Assembly: GCA_041746255.1 (NCBI GenBank)
Contig: JBGTHM010000005.1
Location: 64,001-128,000 of the forward strand
Length of the DNA: 64,000 bases
Origin: Fibrobacteria bacterium
GTDB taxonomy: Bacteria; Fibrobacterota; Fibrobacteria; UBA11236
Direction of reading: 5' to 3'
Shown piece after piece: positions 9,701 to 17,817 of this stretch. Positions within the stretch are counted from its first letter, which is position 1. Each line of letters starts with the position of its first letter. Made by a program: the position numbers and the translations under genes. The notes beneath the pieces are model-generated. The model was not told the origin of the DNA, made no database searches, and saw only the letters and a list, made by a program, of their open reading frames with translations.

Positions 9701-11450
9701 AACCGACGATGAGATAAGGCGCGGCGACGGGGCGATTTCCTGGCTCCCCTATTTGGAACCCCTTAAGGCCGCCCACCGCGTAGCCGCCCTGACCCTTCCC
9801 CTGCCAGGGCCGAACAAAACCGAAACACCGGATGAAATCCGCCGAATGCCGACAGACATTAACGCCAAAGTTACCCTTTGGTTGGCGACGGAGCGCTTGA
9901 CGCAATACCTTCCTCTTTTTCCCGAAGGCGAGTGGACTTTGCTTCCGCCCCTGCCGGAAAAGTTGCGGCGTGCGTGGACCTCCGAAGAGGCTTTACGTGA
10001 AATCCTGCGCGGGCGACTCGAAGCCTTGGGTCCGGTTTATGAAAACGAATTGTGGGAGGGACTGGGATTACCCGCAGGCCAGGTCCGATCCGCTTTAGCC
10101 GCCTTGGAGGCCGAAGGGTTCGTTTTGCGCGGGGTGTTTTACCAAGACGGCGAACAATGGTGCGAGCGCCGCCTGCTGGCCCGAATCCATCGCTATACCT
10201 TGACCCGCCTGCGCCGCGAAATCGATCCCGTATCCATCGTCGACTTCATGCGCTTTCTTTTCCGTTGGCATGGCCTCGAAGGTGAAAAACCACAGGGACC
10301 CGAGGCCCTGACCGCCTCACTGCGCCGGCTGGAAGGCTACGAAGCCCCCGCGGCGTCCTGGGAAAGGGAAATTCTGCCGTTACGGTTACATACCTATGAC
10401 CCTTCCTGGCTGGACTTGCAATGCCTATCGGGTCAAGTGGTCTGGGGCAGGCTTAAGCCCCGTGCAACGGTACCCGGAGAGGGAGCCCGTTCCGGTCCCA
10501 TCAAATCCACGCCCATCGCTTTCCTATTCCGTGAAAATCTGGACCTGTGGTTAAGCGATCGTTCCGAAGCCAGCGAAGCATCCGCGCCGGAGATGTCAAC
10601 CTACGCGCGCCAAATCTGGGAACATTTAAGCCGACGCGGGGCTTCGTTCTTCGATGACCTGACGCGCGGCCTTCGGCTGCTGCCTACCCAAGCCGAAACC
10701 GGCCTGGCCGAATTGGTCAGCCTGGGACTTATCACCTCCGACAGCTTCCGGGGTTTGCGGGCGCTGCTCATTCCCGCGCGCATTCGCGCCCGCGCGGAAA
10801 AGCGCCGGTACGGTCTGCGGCCACACCAGGGCTTGGAAGTATCCGGCCGCTGGACTTTACTGCGTTCCCACGAACCCGAACCAGCCGACTGGATGGACAC
10901 AAGCTCCGCAGCTGCATCCAGCCGAAAATCAGAATCGATCGACTCCTTCGCTTCTCTCGAATCCCATGCCATGACCCTGCTTCGCCGCTACGGAGTCCTG
11001 TTCCGCGCTCTAGCCGACCGGGAATCGCTGGCGCCTCCCTGGCGCGACCTGGTTCGCGTACTGCGCACGCTCGAAGCCCGGGGCCTTATTCGCGGCGGCC
11101 GATTCGTCGAAGGCATTTACGGCGAGCAATACGCCCTGCCCGAAGCCATTCCCCTTTTGCGCGAAACCCGCAAGGCGGAAAAAACCGGCATCGTCCTCAC
11201 CGTGTGCGCAGCCGATCCGGTTAACCTCCAAGGCATCATCACGCCGGGCCGACGCATCCCGTCTCTTAGAAAAAACAAAGTGCTGTATCGGGATGGTTAT
11301 CCCATCGCGGCCATGGAAACCGGGAAGTTTTTTTATCTCGAAGAAGCTGGGTTGCGGCCTGGAGAACCGTTAAATCAAGTAACTAGGCACGAATTGAAAA
11401 AATCTCCTGCGGATTCCGGACCCACTTTGAAAAATCCATCCGCAAACTAA
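6747..11450 (+). CDS. lhr: Lhr-family ATP-dependent SF2 helicase (long form)
   Basis: PTGSGKT, DEIH, LSAT, HHGS, SMELGID, QRVGRSGH motifs; C-terminal winged-helix region (LLRRYGVLFR...GGRFVEG...GEQYALP). Confidence 0.9.
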   Translation: MEKPLNPELSRNSPQRSPSPTSLSHFHPAIADWFTNHLGDPTPVQAEAWPAIRSGHHTLIAVPTGSGKTLAAFLCLIDDLLKQSLEGTLPDRTLAVYISPLKALSNDIEKNLQRPLRDIQEALFKRNLAHVNIRVAVRTGDTTPYERASMLKTPPHILITTPESLYLLVTSEKGRRMLRGVKVLIADEIHAMVQDKRGSHLALTFERLCALAEGPITRIGLSATQRPIYEVARFLIGAAKGANPPTPGATEANGESIAGSHTDSPIDCTIIDAGHKRQLDLAVEVPDSPLSAVMAAEVWDEVYAKVERLITEHRTTLIFVNTRRLAERVSHRLSQSLGEEKVGAHHGSMSKERRLSAETRLKSGELSVLVATASMELGIDIGTVDLVIQIGCPKSIAAFLQRVGRSGHSVRGLPKGRLFPLTRDELVEAAALLDAVRRGELDVLEIPQKPLDILAQQIVAETACREWDENELFETFKRAYAYRNLERKQFDELVTMLSQGYHLRRGYRQALLHHDAVNGLLRARPGARLTALTNGGAIPDTFDYDVRMDPENIQVGTVNEDFAIESMPGDIFQLGNSSWQILRVEGSTVRVADAQGQPPTIPFWLGEAPGRSREFSQAVSRLREEVCENLGPLRELEALLALPENQAPVGAQPGGLAPIESSEGVTLPSGSAWKARALAWLTDEVKLSPAAADQLVDYLAAAWLALSAMPSHKTIVLERFFDQAGDMHLVVHAPFGARMNRAWGLALRKRFCRQFNFELQAAATEDSIVLSLGPTHSFPLAEVAQYLKSGNVRHILIQAMLDAPMFNVRWRWNASRALAVLRNRGGKRVPPQLQRMAAEDLVAQVFPDQIACFENIKGERQVPDHPLVEQTIGDCLNEAMDIERLEELLRALEAGEVKVEARDLREASPLAQEILSARPYAFLDDAPLEERRTRAVQSRRFLDPREAASLSRLDPEAIAAVKAEAWPQPRNADELHDALLLSGYLTDDEIRRGDGAISWLPYLEPLKAAHRVAALTLPLPGPNKTETPDEIRRMPTDINAKVTLWLATERLTQYLPLFPEGEWTLLPPLPEKLRRAWTSEEALREILRGRLEALGPVYENELWEGLGLPAGQVRSALAALEAEGFVLRGVFYQDGEQWCERRLLARIHRYTLTRLRREIDPVSIVDFMRFLFRWHGLEGEKPQGPEALTASLRRLEGYEAPAASWEREILPLRLHTYDPSWLDLQCLSGQVVWGRLKPRATVPGEGARSGPIKSTPIAFLFRENLDLWLSDRSEASEASAPEMSTYARQIWEHLSRRGASFFDDLTRGLRLLPTQAETGLAELVSLGLITSDSFRGLRALLIPARIRARAEKRRYGLRPHQGLEVSGRWTLLRSHEPEPADWMDTSSAAASSRKSESIDSFASLESHAMTLLRRYGVLFRALADRESLAPPWRDLVRVLRTLEARGLIRGGRFVEGIYGEQYALPEAIPLLRETRKAEKTGIVLTVCAADPVNLQGIITPGRRIPSLRKNKVLYRDGYPIAAMETGKFFYLEEAGLRPGEPLNQVTRHELKKSPADSGPTLKNPSAN

Positions 11451-11496
11451 ATACACCGGGCTTATCTTATATCCTCACCTTTTTGGAGGATTACCC

Positions 11497-12090
11497 ATGC
11501 GCTTCCCATTATTAGCGCTGTCCCTTTTGCTCTTCGGATTGATGACCGGCTTTGGTGAACCCTCCGCCGAGTCCCGGCTTTTCGCTACAACGGCCGACGT
11601 TGAGGCGATATTCAAAAATAATTGCACCAATTGCCATAGGCCCGGCGGCTCCACCGGAAGAGATAAACCCTCCGGCGAACTCGACCTGGAATCCGCCGGA
11701 GCTTTCTCGCGCCTCATCAATGTAGCCGCTGAAGAGGAAACCGCTGCCGAAGAGGGAATGAAGCGCGTGGTGCCGGGTAAACCCGAGGAAAGCCTGCTTT
11801 ATTTGAAGATTTCCGCCACCACCAAGGAGTTCAAGTACGGCAAGGCGATGCCCAGCGGAAAGCGTGAAGATCCCTTCACTCCCTTGAGCGCAGCGGATAT
11901 CAAAACTATAAGGGACTGGATTGCGGCGGGAGCGCCTTTATCGGGAACCATTACCTCGATTGCCTCTCCGAAACCCCTTGATAAGGGGGTGGGCACTCCG
12001 GTCCTGATTCACGAAGGCAAGCGCCTTTTCACCGCCCCCGGTGGTGAAAGCGTCGACGGACAGGGCCGTTCGGTCAAACCGTTTCCTTAG
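11497..12090 (+). CDS. Secreted monoheme cytochrome c (planctomycete-cytochrome-like)
   Basis: Signal peptide; CTNCH; RVVPGKPEESLLYLKI...MP...L...I..IRDWI..GA; GGAGGA SD. Confidence 0.8.
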   Translation: MRFPLLALSLLLFGLMTGFGEPSAESRLFATTADVEAIFKNNCTNCHRPGGSTGRDKPSGELDLESAGAFSRLINVAAEEETAAEEGMKRVVPGKPEESLLYLKISATTKEFKYGKAMPSGKREDPFTPLSAADIKTIRDWIAAGAPLSGTITSIASPKPLDKGVGTPVLIHEGKRLFTAPGGESVDGQGRSVKPFP

Positions 12091-12517
12091 CTCCGATTTT
12101 CAGGTAAATCCGGTTCTCCCGTAACTCCAAGGGTACGGGAGGCAAGGGACGCCGCGGGTCCGCCGGACCGGAACGGTACTTTCCCGATTCGGGCTCGAAG
12201 TACGAATCGTGGATCCAGCAGCGCAACTCCCCTTTTACCAAAGGCTGCCGCGCCTCACCATCGTTCAATTCGCACATGGTATGCGGGCATATCGATTCAT
12301 ACGCGTAAAACTTTCCCTGGGTTTTGATAACCAATACGGGGCCGACTTTGGAATAGAACAAGGTGGAGGAGTCGTCGGGAAAGTCCTCGACCTTGCCGAC
12401 GTACCCGTCTCCGCCCACATGCCTGGGAGGATTCGCGACACGGCCGCGAAAGGTTTTGGCACAACCCGCCGCGCATAAGCCCAAACCCATAACGGAAATA
12501 AAATTTCGTCTATCCAT
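12074..12517 (-). CDS. Rieske [2Fe-2S] protein, probable Tat lipoprotein
   Basis: MDRRNFI twin-arginine motif plus AAGC lipobox; CPHTMC and CWIHDSYF Rieske boxes; GPA..PL. Confidence 0.85.
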   Translation of the reverse strand: MDRRNFISVMGLGLCAAGCAKTFRGRVANPPRHVGGDGYVGKVEDFPDDSSTLFYSKVGPVLVIKTQGKFYAYESICPHTMCELNDGEARQPLVKGELRCWIHDSYFEPESGKYRSGPADPRRPLPPVPLELRENRIYLKIGAKETV

Positions 12518-12525
12518 GGTAAACC

Positions 12526-13419
12526 TCAATGCATGAGTTTGAAGGTGCGCGTCAAATTGAAACCCAGCCGCCATTCGTTGACCCGCTCCGAGGAAGGAAT
12601 CGCTCCGGAAATATATTCGGACATGGCCACGTCATAAGTATTACCGACGAAAAGCTCGAAGGAATGATACCAGATCCGGTAATTGAAACCATAGGCCTGC
12701 ATGGGCGCTCCCCGGACCGTTCCCTCCCGGGTTTGGCTCTCGCGGACATACCCCCAGCCGCCGAGGTCCATTTCCACCGGAATGACATATTCGGCGAAAA
12801 AGGAATAGCGGTCCCAACGCGCTACGACTCCCAACCCCAGCGCCACGGAGTGCTGCGGATTTTCCGGGGATGAATTCGCTTCCGTGTTGGCATTCGATTG
12901 GAAGAGCCCGTTGACCACCCCTTCGAAGCGGTCGCGCAGGAAACTGCGGGTCAAAACCAAGGAGCCTCCCATTGACCACCTGTCCTCATCGGCCAAACTC
13001 CTGAAGGTACGGACCTGGGTATTTCCCGTAACCGCTACGTTAAGCGGTTTTTTATCCACCCGCTGGTTCCACAACTGTACCTTGCCTTCCAATCCATAGA
13101 TTTTCAATTCCTGCTGCCGAAAGAGAGTGACTTCGCCAAGGTTGGCCAAACCCAAAGCCACGTCCATATAGATGCTGGCTCCACCGTCAAGACCGAACAG
13201 ATGGTAAAAAGGGTCCGACTCACCCACCGGCAGAACCGGTTCTTTGAAACGATGGTTGAAACGGGAGAAAAGATGCTTGTTCTCGGTTATCTCGGCCGTT
13301 TGCAATACCGATAAGTTACGGTCGGGACTGCCGGGATAATAGGCGAAACCGGAAGGGACGAACGTCGGTAGGAAAAACCAGGTTATCAGCGATAGAAAGG
13401 CGGCAGGTGAAGATTTCAT
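12526..13419 (-). CDS. Outer-membrane beta-barrel, DUF5777-like
   Basis: Signal peptide; FNHRF...LFGLDGGA, HSFELFVGN and terminal WRLGFNLTRTF motifs; ATGA overlap with the upstream gene. Confidence 0.75.
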   Translation of the reverse strand: MKSSPAAFLSLITWFFLPTFVPSGFAYYPGSPDRNLSVLQTAEITENKHLFSRFNHRFKEPVLPVGESDPFYHLFGLDGGASIYMDVALGLANLGEVTLFRQQELKIYGLEGKVQLWNQRVDKKPLNVAVTGNTQVRTFRSLADEDRWSMGGSLVLTRSFLRDRFEGVVNGLFQSNANTEANSSPENPQHSVALGLGVVARWDRYSFFAEYVIPVEMDLGGWGYVRESQTREGTVRGAPMQAYGFNYRIWYHSFELFVGNTYDVAMSEYISGAIPSSERVNEWRLGFNLTRTFKLMH

Positions 13420-14153
13420 GGGGCCATTCCTTGCAGCCATGCAATCAGCAAGGCCTTGTCTTCGGGGTGCAAAGCCAATGCGGACGCCTGTGTGGAACCG
13501 GAAGGCGGCATCGACTCTGAGGCCCGATTGGTGGTAAGCACCTCCAAGGCAACAATCCGATTTTCCATCCATCCCGCCACGCTTCGCAAGTCCGCGGAAA
13601 TCAGAAAGGATCCCAGGGTACCATGGCAGCTACCGCAGTATTTTTCCGCCACCCGCCGCACTTCCGGCGGGTCCAAATCCGGCATCGATCCCGGAGGAAC
13701 CCCGGAAGGAGTGTTCTGCCCTAAAAAGCGGCTGAGTTCTTCCAAAGCCTCGGGAGCGATGACAAAATCCGGATTGTCGGGATGATTTCCCCGCTTGGCT
13801 ATCAGATAAAATCGCAATGGGCCGAAAGTGATGATATCCTCCCAGGTGTTTAAAGCGAGTGAAGCGCGCGCATCCTCGCGATACCACGAATTCGCATGGC
13901 ATGCACCGCAATTGTTAAGGTGGATTTCGCGGACGGCATGGGGCATGTCCGCGAATTCAAAAGTGTCGATGATGCCGTCTTCCTTTGTCCGTAAAAAATA
14001 TCGGATACCGTCTACGGTCTGCAACGAATCCGCCCATTCCGAAACAGTGGGATTCCAAGCGACAGCCTCTTCCCGGCAACCGGTATACAATCCACTCACG
14101 CAAAGCCCCGCCAACAGGGATAGCCACGCTGCGACCCGATTCGCGCCCTTCAT
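13416..14153 (-). CDS. Diheme cytochrome c lipoprotein
   Basis: Lipobox-like YTGC; two CxxCH motifs (CGACH, CGSCH); distal MPP. Confidence 0.75.
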   Translation of the reverse strand: MKGANRVAAWLSLLAGLCVSGLYTGCREEAVAWNPTVSEWADSLQTVDGIRYFLRTKEDGIIDTFEFADMPHAVREIHLNNCGACHANSWYREDARASLALNTWEDIITFGPLRFYLIAKRGNHPDNPDFVIAPEALEELSRFLGQNTPSGVPPGSMPDLDPPEVRRVAEKYCGSCHGTLGSFLISADLRSVAGWMENRIVALEVLTTNRASESMPPSGSTQASALALHPEDKALLIAWLQGMAP

Positions 14154-14174
14154 ATACTCCGCTTACCTTTCATT

Positions 14175-14768
14175 TTACCGACCTCTTTGCAGCGTCCATC
14201 GCAATTCGATTCCCGTCAGCCGCCAGGAAAGATGGATGGGCGCAGTGGCCGAACCCATGGACCATCCCAAATAAGGACCCAACGAAAAGCGTCCCGATTG
14301 AAAGCGTGCCGACCATTCGTGTTCCCATATCCATACGCGGGTTATCTCATCTGCGCGCGTGGATCCTTCGCCTGTCCAGTGAAGCGAGTGAATAAGATTG
14401 GGAGATATGCCGCCTTCTAATACGAAGCCGCCTAGTCGGGTTTGCCAAATCCGTTGGGTAGCGCCCAGATAGAATCCGATTTGGGTGAAGGTCCAGTTTG
14501 GGTTGGGGTCGTTATCGATCCAACGGGTTCCCCGCAGCGCTACCCGGGGACCCGCATTCAAGGTAAGTTGTGGAAGATGAACCATCGGGATGCGCGCGTA
14601 CAGGCCAAGCACACCGGAATTGCGGCCCTCCATGGACCAGACGCCAGATTCCAGTTTGGGTGAGACCCGTCCCCAGGTAAAGCCGCTCTCCAGCGAAATA
14701 GTGGAGACCGAAGCCATGGAGTTCCCTCCACCCGCAAGGCAAAGAGCCGTCAGGAAAAGGGCTCGCAT
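14175..14768 (-). CDS. Probable small outer-membrane beta-barrel protein
   Basis: Signal-like MRALFLTALCLAGG; alternating Gly/aromatic strands; C-terminal GIELRWTL. Start uncertain. Confidence 0.5.
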   Translation of the reverse strand: MRALFLTALCLAGGGNSMASVSTISLESGFTWGRVSPKLESGVWSMEGRNSGVLGLYARIPMVHLPQLTLNAGPRVALRGTRWIDNDPNPNWTFTQIGFYLGATQRIWQTRLGGFVLEGGISPNLIHSLHWTGEGSTRADEITRVWIWEHEWSARFQSGRFSLGPYLGWSMGSATAPIHLSWRLTGIELRWTLQRGR

Positions 14769-14862
14769 GGATTTCAGTAAAGCAGGCATAGCGTTGGAAA
14801 AACCTAATTTAGCGCCATTAACCCGGAACACCCTGAGGTTTTTTTGGAATTTATCCTTCCCA

Positions 14863-14891
14863 TGCAACCAACCCCCATTCCCATGCATCTA
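14863..14891 (+). promoter_or_regulatory. Putative ECF-sigma autoregulatory promoter
   Basis: TGCAAC (14863-68), 16-nt spacer, GCATCTA (14885-91), ending 5 nt before GTG 14897 of the ECF gene. Confidence 0.45.
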
Positions 14892-14896
14892 ATCTT

Positions 14897-15457
14897 GTGA
14901 ATATGCTCATAACCATGGAAATGGAAAAGGACTGGATTGACCGCCTGCAAGGGAAGGATATGGAGGCCCTGCGCTGGGTTTATGAGCAATATGGGACGAG
15001 CCTGCTTAACCTGGCTTACCGCATACTGGGAGACCGGTATGAAGCGGAGGACCGACTCCAGGAATTAATCCTCAAACTGCCGGAATCCATCCGTAGTTTC
15101 AAGGGGAACTCTTTATTGGGCACATGGCTCTACCGCATCATGCACAACCTCTGTTTGATGCAATTGGGGGCAACGGGAAACCGGGGGCGCCTTCTGCGGG
15201 AATTTCATGCCGAGGGAGGTCTGGACGAGAGCCGTATCGGGGATCAGGCGGAATGGGAACTTAAAGACAAATTGAACAGGCTGCTGAATTTGTTGGAGCC
15301 GGAAAATCGGGCGCTACTCTGGTTGAAAGAGGCCGAAGGCTTGTCACTTCGGGAGTTGGCCGATATCTTTTCCGCTCCGGAAGGTACATTGAAGGCCCGC
15401 CTCTCGCGATCGCGCGAGAAACTGAAGCGGGCGCTGGAGGAGAATGATTATGGATGA
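14897..15457 (+). CDS. ECF sigma-70 factor
   Basis: AEDRLQE, FKGNSLLGTWLYRI (region 2); GLSLRELA...EGTLKARLSRSR (region 4). Confidence 0.9.
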   Translation: MNMLITMEMEKDWIDRLQGKDMEALRWVYEQYGTSLLNLAYRILGDRYEAEDRLQELILKLPESIRSFKGNSLLGTWLYRIMHNLCLMQLGATGNRGRLLREFHAEGGLDESRIGDQAEWELKDKLNRLLNLLEPENRALLWLKEAEGLSLRELADIFSAPEGTLKARLSRSREKLKRALEENDYG

Positions 15458-15875
15458 GTTGGATAAGGTGATTAAGGAAAGCGAACGCTTGGTAGCGGAT
15501 GAAAAGCTGTGGAATCGGCTCCAGGCCGGTAATTCCAGAGATACGGATTCACGGAAAGACAAGGGTGAGGATTATTCCTCTGAATCAAAGCGGGTATTCC
15601 CCTTCCGCCAGGTCTTAGCCTTGGCCGCCTGCGGTATTTTAGCGGCGGGATTGGCGGCTTTTTCTCTTTCCCACCTGAAAGTGACGCCGCAAGTGCTAAT
15701 CGACTATGCGGGTTTCGATGAATCCACCCATGATTGGCTCGCGTATCAGGTCGTCGGTTACTACACGGAATTGGGCAACGAAGAATCCGCGATAAATGCC
15801 GGCGCCGAAGATTGGATGGACACCTGGTCGCCATGGCTGGAAGCAGAACCTGAAGTCGCCGTTGCGACAGAATGA
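15450..15875 (+). CDS. Putative single-pass anti-sigma factor
   Basis: Overlaps the sigma gene; central TM helix; acidic C-terminus; GGAGGAG SD. Confidence 0.6.
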   Translation: MDELDKVIKESERLVADEKLWNRLQAGNSRDTDSRKDKGEDYSSESKRVFPFRQVLALAACGILAAGLAAFSLSHLKVTPQVLIDYAGFDESTHDWLAYQVVGYYTELGNEESAINAGAEDWMDTWSPWLEAEPEVAVATE

Positions 15876-15905
15876 ATCCCGACAAACATTGATTAAACAA
15901 GGAGA

Positions 15906-16388
15906 ATGAAAATGAAAACAAGATTTACCACCTATGCACTCGCTTTGGGACTCTGTTTGAGCCTTTCGCAAAACCTACCGGCCAATCCTACCGATTCGAC
16001 AAAACAGCCGCAGTCCGAAATGCAGAAATCCTATAAAAAGAAAGCGCATGGAGAAAAACATAAGCATCGAGGCATGCTCAACCCCAGGTTAATCCGCGCT
16101 TTGGAATTGACGGAAGCGCAACGCATGAGTCTGAGCGAGCGCCGCAGCGCCACCGAACAGAAAAGAAGCGAATTGAAGGCAGAGAAGTCACGGGCCGAAA
16201 AAGACATGAAAGAGGCGCTCGCCGCCCTGCCCTTGGACAAAAAAAGGATCAAAGAGATATCGGAGAGAATCCTTCTCAACCAACGCCGATTTTCCGAGTT
16301 GCGACTGGAGGGAGTGGTCTTTTTCGTGGAATTGCTCACACCGCAACAACATGCCAAATTCGTAGAGATGCAGACCCGTAAATCGTGA
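15906..16388 (+). CDS. Spy/CpxP-family periplasmic protein
   Basis: Signal peptide; two LTxxQ motifs (LELTEAQR, LLTPQQH). Alternative start 15912. Confidence 0.8.
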   Translation: MKMKTRFTTYALALGLCLSLSQNLPANPTDSTKQPQSEMQKSYKKKAHGEKHKHRGMLNPRLIRALELTEAQRMSLSERRSATEQKRSELKAEKSRAEKDMKEALAALPLDKKRIKEISERILLNQRRFSELRLEGVVFFVELLTPQQHAKFVEMQTRKS

Positions 16389-16408
16389 AATCCAGTCGGT
16401 ATCGGAGA

Positions 16409-16429
16409 AGGAGGCGGCTCCGGCCTCCT
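16409..16429. terminator. Hairpin between convergent genes
   Basis: AGGAGGC-7nt-GCCTCCT; no clear U-tract. Confidence 0.35.
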
Positions 16430-16440
16430 GCCGGTGCCGC

Positions 16441-17625
16441 CTATAGCGGAGCGAACTGAATCTTGATGTAGAGATTCTCCGCTAGATCGAATTTCATCGG
16501 CTTGATTTTCTGATGGTTGCGATCGAACAGGAGAATGATGATCGGCCGCTCCTTATTTTCCGGATGCACCTGCGCCACCACTCCGGAATATCCCATGGTG
16601 CGGTACTTGGGATCCTCCGTCACCGTAATGCGGGAGCCCACCGGAAAAACCGGAATCATGGAAATCATCAAATCGACTATGGGGGTGTTCAGTCGGGTAC
16701 CCGCCAGCATGATGAGATCACGCATGGCCATCTCGGGAGATTTGGGGAGAAAAGTACCGGGTCGGGGCGCCAACAGTGAAATGTAAGTATCGGCAACGGC
16801 AGCTACCTCGGCATACCGGTGGATGAATCCCGTTTCGGTGGAAATCACCTTCCTCGGCAATTCGTTGCGTCCCTTTAGACCGCGCGGGTAACCCGTTCCG
16901 TCCTGGTTTTCATGGTGCTGATAAGCCACGTGCGCGGTATTGATGGCTATGCCTTCGTTCTCTTTGAGAATCGCATATCCCATGGAAGGGTGTTCGCGCA
17001 TCAACTCCTTCTCCTCCGCGCTCAAGGGTCCCTTTTTATTAAAAACCGACTCGGAAAGCAAAATCATCCCGAAATCCATAAGAAAGGTTCCGAGCGCCAA
17101 TTCCTCGATATCCTTGATGGGAAAGCGTAAACGCTGGGCGAGAAGTATGGAAGTTATGGTCACGTCGAGGGAATGCTGGAAGAGATAACCGCTTTTGGAA
17201 CGCATGGAGGTCAGGTTCACCATCAATGGCTCCCTGGCGAGTAGAGTTTCAATGATTTCGGAAACCAAGGACTTGGCTTGGGATACGGCGATAATGTTTT
17301 TGAAGCGGGAGGCGTCGGCAAGAAAACCTCGCACCGAAGCCACAGTCATATTCTTCATATCACCGGCGCTTTTAAGCAATTCGGCATGCTTTTGTAAGGT
17401 ACCCAGTGCCTGCAATTCCAATTGCTCTTGGATGAGGATTTCCGGTATTACATCCACGCCTTCCTGGTATACCCAGAATCCGTTCAATTCCATTTTACGG
17501 CATTTGGCGATCACTTCGTTATTCAAAACGAAACCCTGGGATAAAAGCAAATTACCCCGCTCCCCCAAAATGGAACGAGCCAATACCATGCCGGGATGGA
17601 CTTCTTCGATGGAAACTTGAATCAT
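16441..17625 (-). CDS. HD-GYP domain protein with degenerate HD motif
   Basis: PGMVLAR N-domain; HSLDV; LMDFG in place of LHD(I)G; HHENQDGTGYPRGL retained. Confidence 0.85.
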   Translation of the reverse strand: MIQVSIEEVHPGMVLARSILGERGNLLLSQGFVLNNEVIAKCRKMELNGFWVYQEGVDVIPEILIQEQLELQALGTLQKHAELLKSAGDMKNMTVASVRGFLADASRFKNIIAVSQAKSLVSEIIETLLAREPLMVNLTSMRSKSGYLFQHSLDVTITSILLAQRLRFPIKDIEELALGTFLMDFGMILLSESVFNKKGPLSAEEKELMREHPSMGYAILKENEGIAINTAHVAYQHHENQDGTGYPRGLKGRNELPRKVISTETGFIHRYAEVAAVADTYISLLAPRPGTFLPKSPEMAMRDLIMLAGTRLNTPIVDLMISMIPVFPVGSRITVTEDPKYRTMGYSGVVAQVHPENKERPIIILLFDRNHQKIKPMKFDLAENLYIKIQFAPL

Positions 17626-17817
17626 AGGGCTAACGGATATTCCGGTAAGCGCATCCGCTGGGGAAATTGAATGAACGTCATTTCCAATTTTCCCAGCCAA
17701 CGGCGGCAAAGTCAAGTACGGTGAATCGACGAGGGATGAATTAGGCGATTTTGGGCGGTTTTACCGGAGGAATAGGGTAAAACCGATCGTATTCCCATTC
17801 AGGACGGGATAATGTCT

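Noticed and set aside
6747..11450. Lhr helicase as an anti-phage system
   Set aside because: Standalone long-form Lhr typical of DNA repair; no nuclease or methylase partners adjacent.
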